64,000 nt of DNA, from positions 1 to 64,000 of the forward strand of contig CAVWVI010000005.1 of the NCBI GenBank assembly GCA_963758495.1. Direction: 5' to 3'. The notes under the pieces are model-generated. The model saw only the letters and a list, made by a program, of their open reading frames with translations. It was not told the origin of the DNA and searched no databases. This DNA comes from Oligoflexia bacterium (GTDB lineage Bacteria; Bdellovibrionota; UBA1018). The position numbers were made by a program, and so were the translations under genes. This document shows, in pieces, positions 48,602 to 56,640 of this stretch (within the stretch, counting starts at the first letter, position 1; the number at the start of each line of letters is the position of its first letter).

Positions 48602-51268
48602 TCATTCCCGCGCTTGGATCGGCAAATAAATACTCAGGTTAGACTCCTTCGATGCAATCGCCTTTCGTTTTGCTTTAGCAATGCTTGACCTAACGGTATG
48701 TTGTAAGATTCGCTGAGCTTCTCTCCCGTTAAGGATTTCACCTTTGGATTGAGCAATGAGGTACTCAGAGGTAATATTGTCTAAGAATTCTTTTTCATTT
48801 TCAATCTGGATCGATTTCTTACTTTCTAATTCTTGCTCCTGAATGAGTCTTCTCAGGCCCAGCTGAACGATGTCTCTAAATTCAGTTTCGCTTGGAGGAA
48901 AGATGGGCACTGCTGCTTGAAAACGATCCAATACGGGAGCTGGAATGCCTCCTCGGATCAGTTCCTGAGTCAGTTCGTTCTTTGTTACTGGTTTGGTATT
49001 CGAATGCAGTAACTGCTGTGCGGCATTGGTGGTCGCGAAAATATGTGAATTCTTAAAATTAAGAGTGTTACTGGTTTTTCCGCCTGTTTGGGTTGAGTTG
49101 ATATTTTCGGAGATGGTCATTTCGCCACTATCTAACAACGCCAATAGCGCCTGCTGTACAATAGAATCAGCTTTTTCTAATTCGTCTAAAATAAGGACTG
49201 AATAGGCATTTTTTCTGATAGCTTCAGCCATTTCTCGTCGAAATCCTTCAACGTTACCTTCAGCATATTTATTCATTTCAATTCTGACAAACGGCAAATT
49301 CATGCCTTTCGCCAGCGCTCGACCCAGTTCCGTTTTACCAACTCCTGGAAGGCCAGCCACCAAAATCCTCAGTGCTGGTTTTGTTTTGTCGTGTGATTGT
49401 GTGAAGCGTTGTTCAACGAGTTCAAATAAAGTATCTTGAGCAAGTTTTTGCCCGATGAGAGTTTGATTCAGAAAATCAGGAAATCTCTGGAGTTTTTCTT
49501 CTATTTTATGGGTGTCAAAAAAAGTGGGATCGATGTTGTAGAGTCTGCTTGCTGCTTGATTGATATCTTGAATGGTAATGTCACCGATGGTGTCGCCTTC
49601 TAACTGTTTGGTAGCGTATACTTCACTCAGGAGCCCAGTCGCTTTGGAAGGCTGTGAACCTGAAGCGCTAAATTCGTTCGATAAATGAATGATGTGCTTC
49701 AATACATCTTCCTTAAGGATGGGTTTGTTATAACGCTTCGACCATGCGTTCATATAACTGGGTAATTCTTCTTCATCAGGTTCCTCTAAGTTAATGATCG
49801 AGAATCTTCTGAGTAATGCTTGATCACCTCCAAAAGCTTCGTAAAACTCGGAGTGAGTTGATGTACCAATGAGGGTAACATCTCCCTTGGCTAAATAGGA
49901 CTTCATGTGTTGGAATAAGTCATTACTATCGCTCTTGGTGGTTCCAGCTCCTCTGAAGGAGTGAATTTCATCCATGAAAATAATGGAGTTTTTACGTGAA
50001 GACATCATGGATAGGAATTTATTGAGTTTATCTTGAACTTGCCCCACAAATTGAGATTTACTATCTAAAAAAGTTCCAATATTAACTGATTTTACTAGAG
50101 TATTCTTTGGCAGTTCTGGAAATTTTCCATTTCCAATATCAGCAAGAAATTTCATTACTAACTGAGTTTTTCCTACGCCAGCATTTCCAAGAATAACTAC
50201 ATTTTTGCACTCTGGTTTTTGCAGTGATTTTCTAATTTTATCTACCACTTGCTGGTACGCCTTTGTGGATTCGAATTGATCTGAGTCTTTTTGAAGATTT
50301 TGCTTAGATTCCAAGGATTCAGAGAGTGATTCATCTTGAGCTTCTCTTAGAGATTGATTCGAATCGTCAGCCTCGTCTTCTTCATGGGTGCGTGATGGAG
50401 AGTTTTCAATAGGTGAAAGTTCTTGAGGATCTGCTCCTTTTTCAAGAAGTGCATCTACGATCTCACGTTGGTCATATCTATGTGCGGACAGGAGAGGGGT
50501 CTCTCTAAAGATTCCTCCTTTAAAATTTAAGTCAGCCCCATGATTGATGAGGAGCTTTGCAATTTGAACATGGCCGCGTTCGATTGCTTCTAGGAGAGCG
50601 GTCATTTTGAACATGCCCTGGTGATTTACATGAGCTCCTGCTGCGAGTAGAAGTTTTACGATTTCGATATGACCGTTTTCGGCTGCCCAGATGAGAGGGG
50701 TCATTTTGAGCTTGCCCTGGAGATTTACATGAGCTCCTGCTGCGAGTAGAAGTTTTACGATTTCTGTATGATCGTTTTCGGCTGCCTCCATGAGAGGCGT
50801 GGTATTTGTAATGTCTGACTGACGATTTACGTCGGCTCCCGCTTCGAGCAGGAGTGTTACCTTTTTGGTATCACCCTTTGTGGCTGCCAATCGAAGAGAT
50901 CTATCTTTTTGATCTTGATCAGTGTTTTTAAAAGAGATGTCGTTGCTTGGACTGTTTTTGACTTTTGAGTAGAGAGGTTGAGGTTGAAGATACCCAAATA
51001 AGTTAAATTTATAAGTTGAATTTTCAGGTTTTTCTGAAGTGGGGTGATCGGTAGAGAAATTTCTGAATGAAGGGAAGAAGGGGTGTTGAAACTTATAATT
51101 AAAATGAGGTTTTTTAGATGGGAATTTGAATGTGCTCTTGTTTACTTTGTTTTTAAATAATTTTAAGCCGTTATTAAAGGGATTTGCATTTGCCACGTTC
51201 GATAACAGAAGGGTGCTGACGAGAGTAGTGATTGTTATGGATTTAGACAACGGCTCTTTCATATTCAT
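48602..51268 (-). CDS. Signal peptide + ankyrin repeats + two Clp/Hsp100-type AAA+ domains; paralog 2
   Basis: About five ankyrin repeats, acidic linker, AAA module nearly identical to that of 41446-44103. Confidence 0.88.
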   Translation of the reverse strand: MNMKEPLSKSITITTLVSTLLLSNVANANPFNNGLKLFKNKVNKSTFKFPSKKPHFNYKFQHPFFPSFRNFSTDHPTSEKPENSTYKFNLFGYLQPQPLYSKVKNSPSNDISFKNTDQDQKDRSLRLAATKGDTKKVTLLLEAGADVNRQSDITNTTPLMEAAENDHTEIVKLLLAAGAHVNLQGKLKMTPLIWAAENGHIEIVKLLLAAGAHVNHQGMFKMTALLEAIERGHVQIAKLLINHGADLNFKGGIFRETPLLSAHRYDQREIVDALLEKGADPQELSPIENSPSRTHEEDEADDSNQSLREAQDESLSESLESKQNLQKDSDQFESTKAYQQVVDKIRKSLQKPECKNVVILGNAGVGKTQLVMKFLADIGNGKFPELPKNTLVKSVNIGTFLDSKSQFVGQVQDKLNKFLSMMSSRKNSIIFMDEIHSFRGAGTTKSDSNDLFQHMKSYLAKGDVTLIGTSTHSEFYEAFGGDQALLRRFSIINLEEPDEEELPSYMNAWSKRYNKPILKEDVLKHIIHLSNEFSASGSQPSKATGLLSEVYATKQLEGDTIGDITIQDINQAASRLYNIDPTFFDTHKIEEKLQRFPDFLNQTLIGQKLAQDTLFELVEQRFTQSHDKTKPALRILVAGLPGVGKTELGRALAKGMNLPFVRIEMNKYAEGNVEGFRREMAEAIRKNAYSVLILDELEKADSIVQQALLALLDSGEMTISENINSTQTGGKTSNTLNFKNSHIFATTNAAQQLLHSNTKPVTKNELTQELIRGGIPAPVLDRFQAAVPIFPPSETEFRDIVQLGLRRLIQEQELESKKSIQIENEKEFLDNITSEYLIAQSKGEILNGREAQRILQHTVRSSIAKAKRKAIASKESNLSIYLPIQARE

Positions 51269-51481
51269 TTATCCTCAGCAATTAAAAACATACAGAAACT
51301 ATAAAAATAGATGTCGCATAGTTATCATGTATTAATGTATAAAGTCAAGTAGGTTATTGCTTTAGTCAGGATTTGTTTCTTCGTTCTTCTGAAAGTAGGA
51401 GGGTAAAAAGGCACACAACTGAAATAGTTGTCGAAGAATGGCGCCCTTTGATTGAGAGGGCATTGCAAAATTTTTTGCTAT

Positions 51482-51615
51482 AGACTTCAAGAAAATGTTT
51501 TTGGGCCGGGGAATGCGGAGCAGGAACGGAGCATCCGTCAGCCCAGTGGGCTGTCTCGGCATGGATGCCGAGAAGGCCAATTATAAACGGCCCAAAAGAC
51601 ATTTTCTTGAAGTCT
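51482..51615. mobile_element. 134-bp MITE/REP-like element with 27-bp TIRs and internal hairpins
   Basis: AGACTTCAAGAAAATGTTTTTGGGCCG ... CGGCCCAAAAGACATTTTCTTGAAGTCT; internal CAGCCCAGTGGGCTG and CTCGGCATGGATGCCGAG. Confidence 0.65.
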
Positions 51616-51708
51616 TGTCACGAAATGATTCTCCGAATCTCTATAGAACTTCCGGTTCATGCCCCAGAGTTCGGCAGTCTAAAACAAATTCTGGAGCACA
51701 CGCTATCT

Positions 51709-52125
51709 TTACGGAGAAGTAGGTGGAGTTCTATACCTAAAGGCAACGCGCGCATCAGGTAAACTCAGTGCAAACAGGGGGAAGCTATTTATACAGGAAG
51801 CATCGTGAAACTTCATGAACTCCACTACTATTCCCTCAAAACCTGGAGTCTCCTCGAGTTTATCCCATCTTCTTACATCCCTGTTTTTTTCGTAACTGGC
51901 TATTAATATCTGATAAAGGGCGGTTGGATTGCAATTTGTCTCTACATTAACCTGAGCGGCTATTGCCCCCGTGCATCGCTCGGTTTGAAATGCACTGAAC
52001 GCAGAGGAAAAAATTTCCCGAAAGATTTCTGTTTCCAAGTATTCATCGAATGCAAAACTTGGTACAGAACCGAAAATAATAAAAGCGCATATTGCTAATT
52101 TTTTCAAATAATTTGTAAAAAACAT
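51709..52125 (-). CDS. Hypothetical secreted protein
   Basis: Signal-like KKLAICAFIIFGSVPSFA; GGAG RBS upstream. Confidence 0.6.
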   Translation of the reverse strand: MFFTNYLKKLAICAFIIFGSVPSFAFDEYLETEIFREIFSSAFSAFQTERCTGAIAAQVNVETNCNPTALYQILIASYEKNRDVRRWDKLEETPGFEGIVVEFMKFHDASCINSFPLFALSLPDARVAFRYRTPPTSP

Positions 52126-52420
52126 ATTTCTCCTTGAATAGGCTTGATCTAATAGTACAAGGCCAACTTTTAATATACTCCTATTTTCCGGTCACTTTCC
52201 CGACTTTGACACTCTAAAGTCGAAGGTCCTATGAGCCTCCACGATCGAAGCAAACCCCTTACATTGCACGTGAGAATGCCTAACCTTCCTCTGCCTGGGT
52301 CGTCAGGTCTCCTTAAATTTTATTTACGTTTCAAAAACCAAGGCATCTCAATTTTTGACGAACTATACACTTTAATGAGATCTGCTCCTGTAGCGTCATA
52401 ATCTATTTTCTTGAACGCTA

Positions 52421-52457
52421 TAGTTAAAATCCTGTGGGAATCACAGGATTTTAACTA
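52421..52457. terminator. 16-bp perfect hairpin downstream of the HiPIP gene
   Basis: TAGTTAAAATCCTGTG-GGAAT-CACAGGATTTTAACTA. Confidence 0.65.
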
Positions 52458-52473
52458 GCAATCCAAGCCCAGC

Positions 52474-52848
52474 TTAGGATTTCTTGCTCCAAGAACCACA
52501 CCAGCCTTCGCTGGAAACCAGTCCTGATGTGAGCATCTGGCACTTGCCCCATCCCTCATTGACAGAAGTATAGAGAGCGCAATTTTTACAGTGTTGATTT
52601 TTCGCTTCGGGTTTTTTGCGCTGAGGATACTTTGCATAATCAATGTCTTTAATGTTTTGACGGTAACCAATTGCCGAAGCAACTGGATCTGATTCCAAAA
52701 CGGCTGTTTGTCCAGCCGGAAGTGCTACAAGCTTTTTGTCTTTTGCAAAGGCATCCAGTGAACGGAGTAATAGTCCTGTGCAAGGGATCGCTGCAGCAGC
52801 AAGGGTGAGTTGTTGTAAAAATTCTCGACGAGAGTTGGATTTTTTCAT
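52474..52848 (-). CDS. High-potential iron-sulfur protein (Tat-exported)
   Basis: SRREFL Tat motif; A.AIGY, CKNCALY, WGKC, V...GWC.SW. Confidence 0.9.
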   Translation of the reverse strand: MKKSNSRREFLQQLTLAAAAIPCTGLLLRSLDAFAKDKKLVALPAGQTAVLESDPVASAIGYRQNIKDIDYAKYPQRKKPEAKNQHCKNCALYTSVNEGWGKCQMLTSGLVSSEGWCGSWSKKS

Positions 52849-52906
52849 AAATAAGGCTGCACCGTATCACAGTTGGAGAGCACGTGAAAGGGGCTCCTTG
52901 CAGTGC

Positions 52907-54007
52907 TTACTCTTCAATGCCAATGAGCGAAGCGGCAAAGGTAATCCCAATTTGAGCAATTTTAAAAAAATAATCCTGATGGATCTTGTCGTAAGTATCG
53001 CCGCCGTTTTGATCAAAGTGAGGATTATTGAAAGGGTTGTGCTCAGAGAATACGACCGCAGGAACTCCAATTTCCCACATTGCGTAGTGATCACTGTTTT
53101 CCGCCATGCAGCCTCGTTGTACTTTCATTTGTGAGTACGTGAGTGCGATTTTTTCAAGTGCATCTCCTAAGGGTCGAAAGTCAAAATCTTCATATTCACC
53201 TGCACAGCTGAAAACATCAAAAGTATCGGCTGGCTGGCCTGACTTGCCCTCGCTACATCGATTGTCTGCGGCACAACTCCATCCGCTTTGTTCGTTATCG
53301 ATCGCTGCAATGATTTTAAAATTTTCCTTTTGTGAGATATTTTTAAGATAAGATGCATAACTGCGGGCGCCTTCAAGGCCAGGATTCGCATGTTCTTCGT
53401 AATCTGCAGCGACGAAACGAACCGTTTTTTGCAAATGGCCCTTGTACTGGACTAAGATCTTTGCCGTTTCGAGCATGATTGCCATTCCAGTCATGTCGTC
53501 ATCAACCCCTGGATTTTCTGATTCATGTCCTTCTGGGCCGATACTGTCGTAATGAACAATAATGACAATGGAGTCTTTTGACTGACCCGGAAGTACCGCT
53601 TCAAGGTTATGTCCTTGCGGTTCTCCTATCGAGTGCTGGGTTGGATAGCTGAGTTCTTGAGCTGGAATTCCGAGGGATTCAAAATACTGAAGCCAGTAGG
53701 CGCGAAAGTTTTTCTTAGAAAGGGGAGAGTAACGATCTGTAATCAAATAAGTAGATCCATGGATCGTGACGGGTAGAGTCCCTGTCATCTCTTTGAGTGC
53801 GATCTGAAGTCGAGTTTGATCCACCGTTTGAAAGATCTTTTGATAAAGAGGGCGTGGTGAGTCCGCAGGAGTCATTTTCAACTGTGATCGTGGAAGGTAA
53901 TGAACTTTAGACCAATCTGAAGCGAAAGCAGAGGAATCAGCAGAGAGAGTTTCCAGGATTCCTAGAATCAGTGCTAAAAATATGAAGTTCCAATGAGTTG
54001 TTTTCAT
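52907..54007 (-). CDS. M28-family secreted metallopeptidase
   Basis: NLEA, VHYDS, PGVDDDMTG, EEH, SDHY, H...DT. Confidence 0.88.
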   Translation of the reverse strand: MKTTHWNFIFLALILGILETLSADSSAFASDWSKVHYLPRSQLKMTPADSPRPLYQKIFQTVDQTRLQIALKEMTGTLPVTIHGSTYLITDRYSPLSKKNFRAYWLQYFESLGIPAQELSYPTQHSIGEPQGHNLEAVLPGQSKDSIVIIVHYDSIGPEGHESENPGVDDDMTGMAIMLETAKILVQYKGHLQKTVRFVAADYEEHANPGLEGARSYASYLKNISQKENFKIIAAIDNEQSGWSCAADNRCSEGKSGQPADTFDVFSCAGEYEDFDFRPLGDALEKIALTYSQMKVQRGCMAENSDHYAMWEIGVPAVVFSEHNPFNNPHFDQNGGDTYDKIHQDYFFKIAQIGITFAASLIGIEE

Positions 54008-54146
54008 TTTTTACCCTTCCATAGGTTCCCAAACAGTTTAAGCCGTTTGGTATGAAAATACTAACTCAAATTGTGCTTCGGAGAGCGTCACGTCATTCTT
54101 TTATATGCTTCAATAACGCAACACTCTCCGAGGCAGAGAATGTGAT

Positions 54147-54422
54147 TTAAATGACGGTTGGCAAAGCCTTCTTGGTCAATCTTGTCAATCGGCTAATTTT
54201 GCGAGAGGCTCTAGATTTAGGAATAGATCCTTTGCTAGCAGCCTTGCTGATTGCTTTCACAGCGTGGTGATAAGCTTCTTTGACTTTGGCTAGATCTTTA
54301 GTCTTGATTGCATCTAAAGCGGTGCGGAGAGCAGTCCGGGTTGCGCTTTTAATGGTTTGGTTTCGTTCTTGGCGCTTAATCGATTGGCGCGCACGTTTTG
54401 TCGCAGTTCTTGTATTAGCCAT
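54147..54422 (-). CDS. rpsT: 30S ribosomal protein S20
   Basis: MANTRTATKRARQ...RN...KS, KAASKG.I.K..ASRKISRL. Confidence 0.97.
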   Translation of the reverse strand: MANTRTATKRARQSIKRQERNQTIKSATRTALRTALDAIKTKDLAKVKEAYHHAVKAISKAASKGSIPKSRASRKISRLTRLTKKALPTVI

Positions 54423-54559
54423 TTTGGCTCCTTTATCACTGAGTCGTCACTTTCTTAAAAACCAAGAAATATGGATCAGTTCGCCGAGTACCATACAAAA
54501 AAAGGCTGAATTATACAAGCGGTTTTAAAAGTAAGGCTCCATAAATTAATGCAGCGCAA

Positions 54560-54577
54560 TAGGCCAAGGTTTTGCAT
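54560..54577 (+). promoter_or_regulatory. Possible sigma-54 (-24/-12) promoter
   Basis: taGG-CCAAGGTTTT-GCat has GG-N10-GC spacing with TTGCA, about 40 nt before the SRPBCC start. Confidence 0.35.
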
Positions 54578-54617
54578 TAACTGCTGACAGCTTTAATTAA
54601 CTCAAAGAAGGACTATT

Positions 54618-55391
54618 ATGGAAATAATCTCCAAAAATTCATTAGATCCACGTAATCCCTTGCGGTTGAATGTGGGGAGGGCCGAACGTCTTTTTTCGTC
54701 CATTTTGGGAATTTCCCTTTTGACGCTTGGGCTTAAAAAGAATCGAATCAAACGGGTAGGGATCTCCATTGCAGGTCTTGAACTCCTGAGGCGTGGGTTA
54801 ACGGGTCGCTCGTATCTTTATAGAGCATTGGACGTAACGACTCGAAATCTTCGTTCATTGAGTCACGGAGAACTCAAAAAGGGAGGTAATTCATTTTTTG
54901 GATCGCGCCAATTATTTACTGAAAGAGTGGTCACGGTAAACAAACCTCGCGAAGAGCTTTTTCAATTCTGGTCAGATTTCAGAAATATGCCTTTATTTAT
55001 GGAAAACGTCGAAGAAGTGAGGGTGATCGGAGATCAGCGTACCCATTGGATTGCCTATGGGCCGGCGGAGTCAACTTTAGAATGGGACGCTCAAATAACA
55101 GATATACAACAGGGTGAGAGCATCAGTTGGGAAACAGTGCGATCGTCGTCAGGAGTGCGAGTCAAGGGGCGAGCGCAGTTTGCTGATGCTCCTGGTGGCC
55201 GAGGTACTGAAATTCGTGTTCGAATAGAATATGCGTTTGAGATGAGTAAGGTTGGCCACCTTTTCTTTCAGATCTTCGGTAGGGATCCCGATCAACAGCT
55301 TAGGAAAAATCTCCGGCTTTTCAAAAAGCTAATGGAAACGGGCGAAATTATCCAGGTGGCAGGTCAAACTTCAGGTCGTTTAGCAGCGTAA
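54618..55391 (+). CDS. SRPBCC (polyketide cyclase/dehydrase) protein with DUF2892-like N-terminus
   Basis: NVGRAER, VTVNKPREELFQFW.DF.N.P.FM, F..APGGRGTE, L..FK.LMETGE. Confidence 0.85.
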   Translation: MEIISKNSLDPRNPLRLNVGRAERLFSSILGISLLTLGLKKNRIKRVGISIAGLELLRRGLTGRSYLYRALDVTTRNLRSLSHGELKKGGNSFFGSRQLFTERVVTVNKPREELFQFWSDFRNMPLFMENVEEVRVIGDQRTHWIAYGPAESTLEWDAQITDIQQGESISWETVRSSSGVRVKGRAQFADAPGGRGTEIRVRIEYAFEMSKVGHLFFQIFGRDPDQQLRKNLRLFKKLMETGEIIQVAGQTSGRLAA

Positions 55392-55401
55392 AGGTGAGTG
55401 T

Positions 55402-56592
55402 ATGAAAGCATTATGTTGGAATGGCGTAAATGAGTTAAGTGTAGAATATGTTCCAGATCCAAAGATTCTTAACCCGAAGGATGCGATTGTGAGGGTTAAA
55501 ATGTCTTCGGTGTGTGGGTCAGATCTCCATCTCTTGGATGGTTATGTTCCGACTATGAGAAGGGGGGACATCATTGGCCATGAGTTTATGGGAGAGATTG
55601 TAGAAGTAGGCTCAGAAGTCAAAAAGTTTAAGCACGGTGATCGTGTGGTGGTGGTTTCCGTGATTGGATGTGGTGCCTGTTCTTTTTGCAAAAAACAAGA
55701 GTGGTCGCTTTGTGATAATACGAATCCGAATGATGCGATTCTCATTAAAGCTTTCGGAGATACCACCAGCGGGATTTTTGGGTATTCTCACGCATTTGGA
55801 GGATTCTCAGGAAGTCATGCAGAATATGTACGGGTCCCTTTTGTGGAAAATGGAGCTTTCAAAATTCCAGAAGAGGTGAGTGATGAGCAGGCTGTGTTTG
55901 TGTCTGATTCAGTTCCGACCGGTTTTATGGGCGCTGACTTTTGTGATATTCAGCCTGGGGATATCGTTGCAGTTTGGGGCTGCGGTGGAGTAGGGCAAAT
56001 GGCCATTCAAAGTGCACGATTGCTCGGCGCAGAGAGGGTGATCGCTATTGATCGTTATCCAGAGCGATTGCAATTCGCAAAAGATAAGGGTGGGGCTGAA
56101 ATTCTTAATTACGAAGAGGTGCATATTTTAGATGCTCTCAAGGAATTAACAGGGGGGCGCGGACCTGATGCATGTATTGATGCAGTGGGAATGGAGGCTC
56201 ACGGGGTCGGGCTTTCTTACGCCTATGATCGAGTCAAACAAGCCATCATGTTAGAAACGGATAGGCCAGAAGTTCTGCGGGAAGCGATTTTAGCTTGTCG
56301 CAAAGGTGGTACGATTTCAATAGTCGGAGTTTATGGTGCTGTTTTAGATAAATTTCCCATGGGAGCGGCTATGAATAAAGCGCTCAAGTTTCGTATGGGT
56401 CAACAGCATGGACAGAAGTATGTTCCAAGATTGCTCGATTATATTCAAAAAGGTAAGCTGGATCCTTCATTCTTAATGACGCATTCTATGAGTCTTGAGG
56501 AGGGTGTTCGCGGATACGAAATATTTAAGAAAAAGCAAAATCAGTGTATGCGTGTCGTGTTTACACCTGGGAGCTCTAAAGAAGTCGCGTAG
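55402..56592 (+). CDS. Zn-dependent alcohol/formaldehyde dehydrogenase family protein
   Basis: CGSDLH, GHEFMG, CGACSFC...C, GCGGVG, DAVG.EA. Confidence 0.9.
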   Translation: MKALCWNGVNELSVEYVPDPKILNPKDAIVRVKMSSVCGSDLHLLDGYVPTMRRGDIIGHEFMGEIVEVGSEVKKFKHGDRVVVVSVIGCGACSFCKKQEWSLCDNTNPNDAILIKAFGDTTSGIFGYSHAFGGFSGSHAEYVRVPFVENGAFKIPEEVSDEQAVFVSDSVPTGFMGADFCDIQPGDIVAVWGCGGVGQMAIQSARLLGAERVIAIDRYPERLQFAKDKGGAEILNYEEVHILDALKELTGGRGPDACIDAVGMEAHGVGLSYAYDRVKQAIMLETDRPEVLREAILACRKGGTISIVGVYGAVLDKFPMGAAMNKALKFRMGQQHGQKYVPRLLDYIQKGKLDPSFLMTHSMSLEEGVRGYEIFKKKQNQCMRVVFTPGSSKEVA

Positions 56593-56640
56593 GTAGTGGT
56601 CTATTCATTGCATGCGGTCACCTCTTGAAATGAGGGAGCT

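Noticed and set aside
52421..52457. Integron attC site
   Set aside because: Core motifs are in the wrong order (GTT first, AAC last), there are no extrahelical bases, and no integrase is present.
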